Source: the human T2T-CHM13v2.0 reference genome, Homo sapiens
NCBI RefSeq assembly: GCF_009914755.1
Contig: NC_060936.1
DNA length: 64,000 nt
Strand: one strand, 5' to 3'
Under the pieces are notes generated by a model, which made no database searches, was not told the origin of the DNA, and worked only from the letters and a program-made list of their open reading frames with translations. A program made the translations under genes and the position numbers. Shown here piece by piece: positions 42,795 to 55,500 of the stretch. Each line of letters starts with the position of its first letter. Position 1 is the first letter of the stretch.

Positions 42795-45700
42795 ATTCTG
42801 TCTAGATTTTATAAGAAGATGTTTCCTTTTCTACCGTAGGCCTCAAAGCGCTTGAAATCTCCAGCTGCAAATTCCACAAAAAGGGTGTTTAACATCTGCT
42901 CTTCTAAAGGAAAGTTCAACTCAATGAGTTGAATACACACAGCACAAAGAAGTTACTGAGACTTCTCCTATCAAACATCATATGAAGAAATCCCGTTTCC
43001 AACGAAGGCCTCAAAGAGGTCCAAATATCTGCTTGCAGACTTTACAAAGACAGTGTCTCCAAACTCCTCCATCAAAAGAAAGGTTATACTCTGTGAATTG
43101 AACGCACACATCACAAAGTAGTTTCTGAGAATGATTCTGTCTAGTTTTTATACGAAGATATTTTTTTTTCTACATTTGGCCTAAAAGCGCTTGAAATCTC
43201 CACCTGCAAATATCACAAAAAGAGGGTTTCACATCTGCTCTTTCTAAAGGACAGTTCACCTCTGTGAGTTGAATAGAGGCAACACAAAGAACTTACTCAG
43301 TATTCTTCTTTCTAGCGTTCTATGAAGAAATCCCGTTTCCAACGAAGGCCCCAAAGAGGTCCAAATATCTGCTTGCAGACTTTACAGACAGAGTGTTTCC
43401 AAACTACTCTATGAAAAGAAAGCTTAAACTCCTTGAGTTGAACGCACACATCACAAAGTAGTTTCTGAGAATGATGCTGTCTAGTTTTTATACGAAGATG
43501 TTTCCTTTTCTACATTTGGCCTAAAAGCGCTTGAAATCTCCACCTGCAAATATCACAAAAAGAGGTTTTCACATCTGCTCTGTCTAAAGGACAGTTCACC
43601 TCTGTGAGTTGAATAGAGGCAACACAAAGAACTTACTCAGTATTCTTCTTTCTAGCGTTCTATGAAGAAATCCCGTTTCCAACGAAGGCCGCAAAGAGGT
43701 CAAATATCTGCTTGCAGACTTTACAGACAGAGTGTTTCCAAACTACTCTATGAAAAGAAAGCTTAAACTCCTTGAGTTGAACGCACACATCACAAAGTAG
43801 TTTCTGAGAATCATTCTGTCTAGTTTTTATACGAAGATGTTTCCCTTTCTACAATTGGTCTCAAAGCGATTGAAATCTCCAACTGGAAACTGCACAAATA
43901 GGCTGTTTCAAATCTGCTCTGTCTAAAAGAGGGTTCAACTCTGTGAGTTGAATACACACACCACAAATAAGTTACTGAGAATTCTTCTGTCGAACATTAC
44001 AGGAAGAAATCCCGTTTCCAACGAAGGCCTCAAAGAGGTCCAAATATCCACTTGCAGACATTACAAACAGTGTGTTTCCCAACTGCTCCATCAAAAGAAA
44101 GGTTAAACTCTGTGAGCTGAACACACACATCAAAAAGAAGTTTCTGTGAATGATTCTGTCTAGATTTTATAAGAAGATGTTTCCTTTTCTACCGTAGGCC
44201 TCAAAGCGCTTGAAATCTCCAGCTGCAAATTCCACAAAAAGGGTGTTTAACATCTCCTCTTCTAAAGGAAAGTTCAACTCTATGAGTTGAATACACACAG
44301 CACAAAGAAGTTACTGAGACTTCTTCTATCAAACATTATATGAAGAAATCCCGTTTCCAACGAAGGCCTCAAAGAGGTCCAAATATCTGCTTGCAGACTT
44401 TACAGACAGTGTGTTTCCAAACTGCTCCATCAAAAGAAAGGTTAAACTCCTTGAGTTGAACACACACATCACAAAGTAGTTTCTGTGAATGATTCTGTCT
44501 AGTTTTTATACGAAGATGTTTCCTTTTCTACCTTTGGTCTCAAAGCGATTGAAATCTCCACATGGAAACTCCACAAAAAGAGTGTTTCAAATCTGCTCTT
44601 TCTGAAGGAAGGTTCAACTCTGTGAGTTGAATACACACACCACAAATAAGTTACTGAGAATTCTTCTGTGTAACATTATATGAGGAAATCCCGTTTCCAA
44701 CGAAGGCCTCAAAGAGGTCCAAATATCCACTTGCAGACTTTACAAAGACAGTGTCTCCAAACTCCTCCATCAAAAGAAAGGTTATACTCTGTGAATTGAA
44801 CGCACACATCACAAAGTAGTTTCTGAGAATGATTCTGTCTAGTTTTTATACGAAGATATTTCCTTTTATACATTTGGCCTAAAAGCGCTTGAAATCTCCA
44901 CCTGCAAATATCACAAAAAGAGGGTTTCACATCTGCTCTGTCTAAAGGACAGTTCACCTCTGTGAGTTGAATAGAGGCAACACAAAGAACTTACTCAGTA
45001 TTCTTCTTTCTAGCATTCTATGAAGAAATCCCGTTTCCAACGAAGGCCTCAAAGAGGTCCAAATATCTGCTTGCAGACTTTACAGACAGAGTTTTTCCAA
45101 ACTGCTCCATCAAAAGAAAGGTTAAACTCCTTGAGTTGAACACACACATCACAAAGTAGTTTCTGTGAATGATTCTGTCTAGTTTTTATACGAAGATGTT
45201 TCCTTTTCTACCTTTGGTCTCAAAGCGATTGAAATCTCCACATGGAAACTCCACCAAAAGAGTGTTTCAAATCTGCTCTTTCTGAAGGAAGGTTCAACTC
45301 TGTGAGTTGAATACAGACACCACAAATAAGTTACTGAGAATTGTTCTGTGTAACATTATATGAGGAAATCCCGTTTCCAACGAAGGCCTCAAAGAGGTCC
45401 AAATATCCACTTGCAGACTTTACAAAGACAGTGTCTCCAAACTCCTCCATCAAAAGAAAGGTTATACTCTGTGAATTGAACGCACACATCACAAAGTAGT
45501 TTCTGAGAATGATTCTGTCTAGTTTTTATACGAAGATATTTCCTTTTCTACATTTGGCCTAAAAGCGCTTGAAATCTCCACCTGCAAATATCACAAAAAG
45601 AGGGTTTCACATCTGCTCTGTCTAAAGGACAGTTCACCTCTGTGAGTTGAATAGAGGCAACACAAAGAACTTACTCAGTATTCTTCTTTCTAGCGTTCTA

Positions 45701-46529
45701 TGAAGAAATCCCGTTTCCAACGAAGGCCTCAAAGAGGTCAAATATCTGCTTGCAGACTTTACAGACAGAGTGTTTCCAAACTACTCTATGAAAAGAAAGC
45801 TTAAACTCCTTGAGTTGAACGCACACATCACAAAGTAGTTTCTGAGAATGATTCTGTCTAGTTTTTATACGAAGATGTTTCCTTTTCTACATTTGGTCTC
45901 AAAGCGATTGAAATCTCCAACTGGAAACTGCACAAATAGGCTGTTTCAAATCTGCTCTGTCTAAAGGAAGGTTCAGCTCTGTGAGTTGAATACACACACC
46001 ACAAATAAGTTACTGAGAATTCTTCTGTCGAACATTACAGGAAGAATTCCCGTTTCCAACGAAGGCCTCAAAGAGGTCCAAATATCCACTTGCGGACATT
46101 ACAAACAGTGTGTTTCCCAACTGCTCCATCAAAAGAAAGGTTAAACTCTGTGAGCTGAACACACACATCAAAAAGACGTTTCTGTGAATGATTCTGTCTA
46201 GATTTTATAAGAAGATGTTTCCTTTTCTACCGTAGGCCTCAAAGCGCTTGAAATCTCCAGCTGCAAATTCCACAAAAATGGTGTTTAACATCTGCCCTTC
46301 TAAAGGAAAGTTCAACTCTACGAGTTGAATACACACAGCACAAAGAAGTTACTGAGACTTCTCCTATCAAACATTATATGAAGAAATCCCGTTTCCAACG
46401 AAGGCCTCAAAGAGGTCCAAATATCTGCTTGCAGACTTTACAGACAGAGTGTTTCCAAACTGCTCCATCAAAAGAAAGGTTAAACTCCTTGAGTTGAACA
46501 CACACATCACAAAGTAGTTTCTGTGAATG

Positions 46530-49500
46530 ATTCTGTCTAGTTTTTATACGAAGATGTTTCCTTTTCTACCTTTGGTCTCAAAGCGATTGAAATCTCCACA
46601 TGGAAACTCCACAAAAAGAGTGTTTCAAATCTGCTCTTTCTGAAGGAAGGTTCAACTCTGTGAGTTGAATACACACACCACAAATAAGTTACTGAGAATT
46701 CTTCTGTGTAACATTATATGAGGAAATCCCGTTTCCAACGAAGGCCTCAAAGAGGTCCAAATATCCACTTGCAGACTTTACAAAGACAGTGTCTCCAAAC
46801 TCCTCCATCAAAAGAAAGGTTATACTCTGTGAATTGAACGCACACATCACAAAGTAGTTTCTGAGAATGATTCTGTCTAGTTTTTATACGAAGATATTTC
46901 CTTTTCTACATTTGGCCTAAAAGCGCTTGAAATCTCCACGTGCAAATATCACAAAAAGAGGGTTTCACATCTGCTCTGTCTAAAGGACAGTTCACCTCTG
47001 TGAGTTGAATAGAGGCAACACAAAGAACTTACTCAGTATTCTTCTTTCTAGCGTTCTATGAAGAAATCCCGTTTCCAACGAAGGCATCAAAGAGGTCCAA
47101 ATATCTGCTTGCAGACTTTACAGACAGAGTGTTTCCAAACTACTCTATGAAAAGAAAGCTTAAACTCCTTGAGTTGAACGCACACAACACAAAGTAGTTT
47201 CTGAGAATGATTCTGTCTAGTTTTTATACGAAGATGTTTCCTTTTCTACATTTGGTCTCAAAGCGATTGAAATCTCCAACTGGAAACTGCACAAATAGGG
47301 TGTTTCAAATCTGCTCTGTCTAAAGGAAGGTTCAACTCTGTGAGTTGAATACACACACCACAAATAAGTTACTGAGAATTCTTCTGTCGAACATTACTTG
47401 AAGAAATCCCGTTTCCAAAGAAGGCCTCAAAGAGGTCAAAATATCCACTTGCAGACATTACAAACAGAGTGTTTCAAAACTGCTCCATCAAAAGAAAGGT
47501 TAAACTCTGTGAGCTGAACACACACATCGAAAAGAAGTTTCTGTGAATGATTCTGTCTAGATTTTATAAGAAGATGTTTCCTTTTCTACCGTAGGCCTCA
47601 AAGCGCTTGAAATCTCCAGCTGCAAATTCTACAAAAATGGTGTTTAACATCTGCTCTTCTAAAGGAAAGTTCAACTCTATGCGTTGAATAAACACAGCAG
47701 AAAGAAGTTACTGAGACTTCTCCTATCAAACATTATATGAAGAAATCCCGTTTCCAACGAAGGCCCCAAAGAGGTCCAAATATCTGCTTGCAGAATTTAC
47801 AGACAGAGTTTTTCCAAACAGCTCCATCAAAAGAAAGGTTAAACTCCTTGAGTTGAACACACACATCACAAAGTAGTTTCTGTGAATGATTCTGTCTAGT
47901 TTTTATACGAAGATGTTTCCTTTTCTACCTTTGGTCTCAAAGCGATTGAAATCTCCACATGGAAACTCCACAAAAAGAGTGTTTCAAATCTGCTCTTTCT
48001 GAAGGAAGGTTCAACTCTGTGAGTTGAATACACACACCACAAATAAGTTACTGAGAATTCTTCTGTGTAACATTATATGAGGAAATCCCGTTTCCAACGA
48101 AGGCCTCAAAGAGGTCCAAATATCCACTTGCAGACTTTACAAAGACAGTGTCTCCAAACTCCTCCATCAAAAGAAAGGTTATACTCTGTGAATTGAACGC
48201 ACACATCACAAAGTAGTTTCTGAGAATGATTCTGTCTAGTTTTTATACGAAGATATTTCCTTTTCTACATTTGGCCTAAAAGCGCTTGAAATCTCCACCT
48301 GCAAATATCACAAAAAGAGGGTTTCACATCTGCTCTGTCTAAAGGACAGTTCACCTCTGTGAGTTGAATAGAGGCAACACAAAGAACTTACTCAGTATTC
48401 TTCTTTCTAGCGTTCTATGAAGAAATCCCGTTTCCAACGAAGGCCTCAAAGAGGTCCAAATATCTGCTTGCAGACTTCACAGACAGAGTGTTTCCAAAGT
48501 ACTCTATGAAAAGAAAGCTTAAACTCCTTGAGTTGAACGCACACATCACAAAGTAGTTTCTGAGAATGATTCTGTCTAGTTTTTATACGAAGATGTTTCC
48601 TTTTCTACATTTGGTCTGAAAGCGATTGAAATCTCCAACTGGAAACTGCACAAATAGGGTGTTTCAAATCTGCTCTTTCTAAAGGAAGGTTCAACTCTGT
48701 GAGTTGAATACACACACCACAAATAAGTTACTGAGAATTCTTCTGTCGAACATTACATGAAGAAATCCCGTTTCCAACGAAGGCCTCAAAGAGGTCCAAA
48801 TATCCACTTGCAGACATTACAAACAGTGTGTTTCCAAACTGCTCCATCAAAAGAAAGGTTAAACTCTGTGAGCTGAACACACATCAAAAAGAAGTTTCTG
48901 TGAATGATTCTGTCTAGATTTTATAAGAAGATGTTTCCTTTTCTACCGTAGGCCACAAAGCGCTTGAAATCTCCAGCTGCAAATTCCACAAAAAGGGTGT
49001 TTAACATCTGCTCTTCTAAAGGAAAGTTCAACTCTATGAGTTAAATAAACACAGCAGAAAGAAGTTACTGAGACTTCTCCTATCAAACATTATATGAAGA
49101 AATCCCGTTTCCAACGAAGGCCTCAAAGAGGTCCAAATATCTGCTTGCAGACTTTACAGACAGAGTTTTTCCAAACTGCTCCATCAAAAGAAAGGTTAAA
49201 CTCCTTGAGTTGAACACACACATCACAAAGTAGTTTCTGTGAATGATTCTGTCTAGTTTTTATACGAAGATGTTTCCTTTTCTACCTTTGGTCTCAATGC
49301 GATTGAAATCTCCACATGGAAACTCCACAAAAAGAGTGTTTCAAATCTGCTCTTTCTGAAGGAAGGTTCAACTCTGTGAGTTGAATACACACACCACAAA
49401 TAAGTTACTGAGAATTCTTCTGTGTAACATTATATGAGGAAATCCCGTTTCCAACGAAGGCCTCAAAGAGGTCCAAATATCCACTTGCAGACTTTACAAA

Positions 49501-52500
49501 GACAGTGTCTCCAAACTCCTCCATCAAAAGAAAGGTTATACTCTGTGAATTGAACGCACACATCACAAAGTAGTTTCTGAGAATGATTCTGTCTAGTTTT
49601 TATACGAAGATATTTCCTTTTCTACATTTGGCCTAAAAGCGCTTGAAATCTCCAAGTGCAAATATCACAAAAAGAGGGTTTCACATCTGCTCTGTCTAAA
49701 GGACAGTTCACCTCTGTGAGTTGAATAGAGGCAACACAAAGAACTTACTCAGTATTCTTCTTTCTAGCGTTCTATGAAGAAATCCCGTTTCCAACGAAGG
49801 CCCCAAAGAGGTCCAAATATCTGCTTGCAGACTTTACAGACAGAGTGTTTCCAAACTACTCTATGAAAAGAAAGCTTAAACTCCTTGAGTTGAACGCACA
49901 CATCACAAAGTAGTTTCTGAGAATGATTCTGTCTAGTTTTTATACGAAGATGTTTCCTTTTCTACATTTGGTCTCAAAGCGATTGAAATCTCCAACTGGA
50001 AACTGCACAAATAGGGTGTTTCAAATCTGCTCTGTCTAAAGGAAGGTTCAACTCTGTGAGTTGAATACACACACCACAAATAAGTTACTGAGTATTCTTC
50101 TGTCGAACATTACTTGAAGAAATCCCGTTTCCAACGAAGGCCTCAAAGAGGTCCAAATATCCACTTGCAGACATTACAAACCGAGTGTTTCCAAACTGCT
50201 CCATCAACAGAAAGGTTAAACTCTGTGAGCTGAACACACACATCAAAAAGAAGTTTCTGTGAATGATTCTGTCTAGATTTTATAAAAAGATGTTTCCTTT
50301 TCTACCGTAGGCCTCAAAACGCTGGAAATCTCCAGCTGCAAATTCCACAAAAAGGGTGTTTAACATCTGCTCTTCTAAAGGAAAGTTCAACTCTATGCGT
50401 TGAATACACACAGCACAAAGAAGTTACTGAGACTTCTCCTATCAAACATTATATGAAGAAATCCCGTTTCCAACGAAGGCCTCAAAGAGGTCCAAATATC
50501 TGCTTGCAGACTTTACAGACAGAGTTTTTCCAAACTGCTCCATCAAAAGAAAGGTTAAACTCCTTGAGTTGAACACACACATCACAAAGTAGTTTCTGTG
50601 AATGATTCTGTCTAGTTTTTATACGAAGATGTTTCCTTTTCTACCTTTGGTTTCAAAGCGATTGAAATCTCCACATGGAAACTCCACAAAAAGAGTGTTT
50701 CAAATCTGCTCTTTCTGAAGGAAGGTTCAACTCTGTGAGTTGAATACACACACCACAAATAAGTTACTGAGAATTCTTCTGTGTAACATTATATGAGGAA
50801 ATCCCGTTTCCAACGAAGGCCTCAAAGAAGTCCAAATATCCACTTGCAGACTTTACAAAGACAGTGTCTCCAAACTCCTCCATCAAAAGAAAGGTTATAC
50901 TCTGTGAATTGAACGCACACATCACAAAGTAGTTTCTGAGAACGATTCTGTCTAGTTTTCATACGAAGATATTTCCTTTTCTACATTTGGCCTAAAAGCG
51001 CTTGAAATCTCCACCAGCAAATATCACAAAAAGAGGGTTTCACATCTGCTCTGTCTAAAGGACAGTTCACCTCTGTGAGTTGAATAGAGGCAACACAAAG
51101 AACTTACTCAGTATTCTTCTTTCTAGCGTTCTATGAAGAAATCCCGTTTCCAACGAAGGCCTCAAAGAGGTCCAAATATCTGCTTGCACACTTTACAGAC
51201 AGAGTGTTTCCAAACTACTCTATGAAAAGAAAGCTTAAACTCCTTGAGTTGAACGCACACATCACAAAGTAGTTTCTGAGAATGATTCTGTCTAGTTTTT
51301 ATACGAAGATGTTTCCTTTTCTACATTTGGTCTCAAAGCGATTGAAATCTCCAACTGGAAACTGCACAAATAGGGTGTTTCAAATCTGCTCTGTCTAAAG
51401 GAAGGTTCAACTCTGTGAGTTGAATACACACACCACAAATAAGTTACTGAGAATTCTTCTGTCGAACATTACTTGAAGAAATACCGTTTCCAAAGAAGGC
51501 CTCAAAGAGGTCAAAATATCCACTTGCAGACATTACAAACAGAGTGTTTCAAAACTGCTCCATCAAAAGAAAGGTTAAACTCTGTGAGCTGAACACACAC
51601 ATGAAAAAGAAGTTTCTGTGAATGATTCTGTCTAGATTTTATAAGAAGATGTTTCCTTTTCTACCGTAGGCCTCAAAGCGCTTGAAATCTCCAGCTGCAA
51701 ATTCTACAAAAAGGGTGTTTAACATCTGCTCTTCTAAAGGAAAGTTCAACTCTATGCGTTGAATAAACACAGCAGAAAGAAGTTACTGAGACTTCTCCTA
51801 TCAAACATTATATGAAGAAATCCCGTTTCCAACGAAGGCCCCAAAGAGGTCCAAATATCTGCTTGCAGACTTTACAGACAGAGTTTTTCCAAACAGCTCC
51901 ATCAAAAGAAAGGTTAAACTCCTTGAGTTGAACACACACATCACAAAGTAGTTTCTGTGAATGATTCTGTCTAGTTTTTATACGAAGATGTTTCCTTTTC
52001 TACCTTTGGTCTCAAAGCGATTGAAATCTCCACATGGAAACTCCACAAAAAGAGTGTTTCAAATCTGCTCTTTCTGAAGGAAGGTTCAACTCTGTGAGTT
52101 GAATACACACACCACAAATAAGTTACTGAGAATTCTTCTGTGTAACATTATATGAGGAAATCCCGTTTCCAACGAAGGCCTCAAAGAGGTCCAAATATCC
52201 ACTTGCAGACTTTACAAAGACAGTGTCTCCAAACTCCTCCATCAAAAGAAAGGTTATACTCTGTGAATTGAACGCACACATCACAAAGTAGTTTCTGAGA
52301 ACGATTCTGTCTAGTTTTCATACGAAGATATTTCCTTTTCTACATTTGGCCTAAAAGCGCTTGAAATCTCCACCTGCAAATATCACAAAAAGAGGGTTTC
52401 ACATCTGCTCTGTCTAAAGGACAGTTCACCTCTGTGAGTTGAATAGAGGCAACACAAAGAACTTACTCAGTATTCTTCTTTCTAGCGTTCTATGAAGAAA

Positions 52501-55500
52501 TCCCGTTTCCAACGAAGGCCTCAAAGAGGTCCAAATATCTGCTTGCACACTTTACAGACAGAGTGTTTCCAAACTACTCTATGAAAAGAAAGCTTAAACT
52601 CCTTGAGTTGAACGCACACATCACAAAGTAGTTTCTGAGAATGATTCTGTCTAGTTTTTATACGAAGATGTTTCCTTTTCTACATTTGGTCTCAAAGCGA
52701 TTGAAATCTCCAACTGGAAACTGCACAAATAGGGTGTTTCAAATCTGCTCTGTCTAAAGGAAGGTTCAACTCTGTGAGTTGAATACACACACCACAAATA
52801 AGTTACTGAGAATTCTTCTGTCGAACATTACTTGAAGAAATACCGTTTCCAAAGAAGGCCTCAAAGAGGTCAAAATATCCACTTGCAGACATTACAAACA
52901 GAGTGTTTCAAAACTGCTCCATCAAAAGAAAGGTTAAACTCTGTGAGCTGAACACACACATGAAAAAGAAGTTTCTGTGAATGATTCTGTCTAGATTTTA
53001 TAAGAAGATGTTTCCTTTTCTACCGTAGGCCTCAAAGCGCTTGAAATCTCCAGCTGCAAATTCTACAAAAAGGGTGTTTAACATCTGCTCTTCTAAAGGA
53101 AAGTTCAACTCTATGCGTTGAATAAACACAGCAGAAAGAAGTTACTGAGACTTCTCCTATCAAACATTATATGAAGAAATCCCGTTTCCAACGAAGGCCC
53201 CAAAGAGGTCCAAATATCTGCTTGCAGACTTTACAGACAGAGTTTTTCCAAACAGCTCCATCAAAAGAAAGGTTAAACTCCTTGAGTTGAACACACACAT
53301 CACAAAGTAGTTTCTGTGAATGATTCTGTCTAGTTTTTATACGAAGATGTTTCCTTTTCTACCTTTGGTCTCAAAGCGATTGAAATCTCCACATGGAAAC
53401 TCCACAAAAAGAGTGTTTCAAATCTGCTCTTTCTGAAGGAAGGTTCAACTCTGTGAGTTGAATACACACACCACAAATAAGTTACTGAGAATTCTTCTGT
53501 GTAACATTATATGAGGAAATCCCGTTTCCAACGAAGGCCTCAAAGAGGTCCAAATATCCACTTGCAGACTTTACAAAGACAGTGTCCCCAAACTCCTCCA
53601 TCAAAAGAAAGGTTATACTCTGTGAATTGAACGGACACATCACAAAGTAGTTTCTGAGAATGATTCTGTCTAGTTTTTACACGAAGATATTTCCTTTTCT
53701 ACATTTGGCCTAAAAGCGCTTGAAATCTCCACCTGCAAATATCACAAAAAGAGGGTTTCACATCTGCTCTGTCTAAAGGACAGTTCACCTCTGTGAGTTG
53801 AATAGAGGCAACACAAAGAACTTACTCAGTATTCTTCTTTCTAGCGCTCTATGAAGAAATCCCGTTTCCAACGAATGCCTCAAAGAGGTCCAAATATCTG
53901 CTTGCAGACTTCAGAGACAGAGTGTTTCCAAAGTACTCTATGAAAAGAAAGCTTAAACTCCTTGAGTTGAACGCACACATCACAAAGTAGTTTCTGAGAA
54001 TGATTCTGTCTAGTTTTTATACGAAGATGTTTCCTTTTCTACATTTGGTCTCAAAGCGATTGAAATCTCCAACTGGAAACTGCACAAATAGGGTGTTTCA
54101 AATCTGCTCTTTCTAAAGGAAGGTTCAACTCTGTGAGTTGAATACACACACCACAAATAAGTTACTGAGAATTCTTCTGTCGAACATTACATGAAGAAAT
54201 CCCGTTTCCAACGAAGGCCTCAAAGAGGTCCAAATATCCACTTGCAGACATTACAAACAGTGTGTTTCCAAACTGCTCCATCAAAAGAAAGGTTAAACTC
54301 TGTGAGCTGAACACACATCAAAAAGAAGTTTCTGTGAATGATTCTGTCTAGATTTTATAAGAAGATGTTTCCTTTTCTACAGTACGCCACAAAGCGCTTG
54401 AAATCTCCAGCTGCAAATTCCACAAAAAGGGTGTTTAACATCTGCTCTTCTAAAGGAAAGTTCAACTCTATGAGTTAAATAAACACAGCAGAAAGAAGTT
54501 ACTGAGACTTCTCCTATCAAACATTATATGAAGAAATCCCGTTTCCAACGAAGGCCTCAAAGAGGTCCAAATATCTGCTTGCAGACTTTACAGACAGAGT
54601 GTTTCCAAACTGCTCCATCAAAAGAAAGGTTAAACTCCTTGAGTTGAACACACACATCACAAAGTAGTTTCTGTGAATGATTCTGTCTAGTTTTTATACG
54701 AAGATGTTTCCTTTTCTACCTTTGGTCTCAATGCGATTGAAATCTCCACATGGAAACTCCACAAAAAGAGTGTTTCAAATCTGCTCTTTCTGAAGGAAGG
54801 TTCAACTCTGTGAGTTGAATACACACACCACAAATAAGTTACTGAGAATTCTTCTGTGTAACATTATATGAGGAAATCCCGTTTCCAACGAAGGCCTCAA
54901 AGAGGTCCAAATATCCACTTGCAGACTTTACAAAGACAGTGTCTCCAAACTCCTCCATCAAAAGAAAGGTTATACTCTGTGAATTGAACGCACACATCAC
55001 AAAGTAGTTTCTGAGAATGATTCTGTCTAGTTTTTATACGAAGATATTTCCTTTTCTACATTTGGCCTAAAAGCGCTTGAAATCTCCACCTGCAAATATC
55101 ACAAAAAGAGGGTTTCACATCTGCTCTGTCTAAAGGACAGTTCACCTCTGTGAGTTGAATAGAGGCAACACAAAGAACTTACTCAGTATTCTTCTTTCTA
55201 GCGTTCTATGAAGAAATCCCGTTTCCAACGAAGGCCCCAAAGAGGTCCAAATATCTGCTTGCAGACTTTACAGACAGAGTGTTTCCAAACTACTCTATGA
55301 AAAGAAAGCTTAAACTCCTTGAGTTGAACGCACACATCACAAAGTAGTTTCTGAGAATGATGCTGTCTAGTTTTTATACGAGGATGTTTCCTTTTCTACA
55401 TTTGGTCTCAAAGCGATTGAAATCTCCAACTGGAAACTGCACAAATAGGGTGTTTCAAATCTGCTCTGTCTAAAGGAAGGTTCAACTCTGTGAGTTGAAT

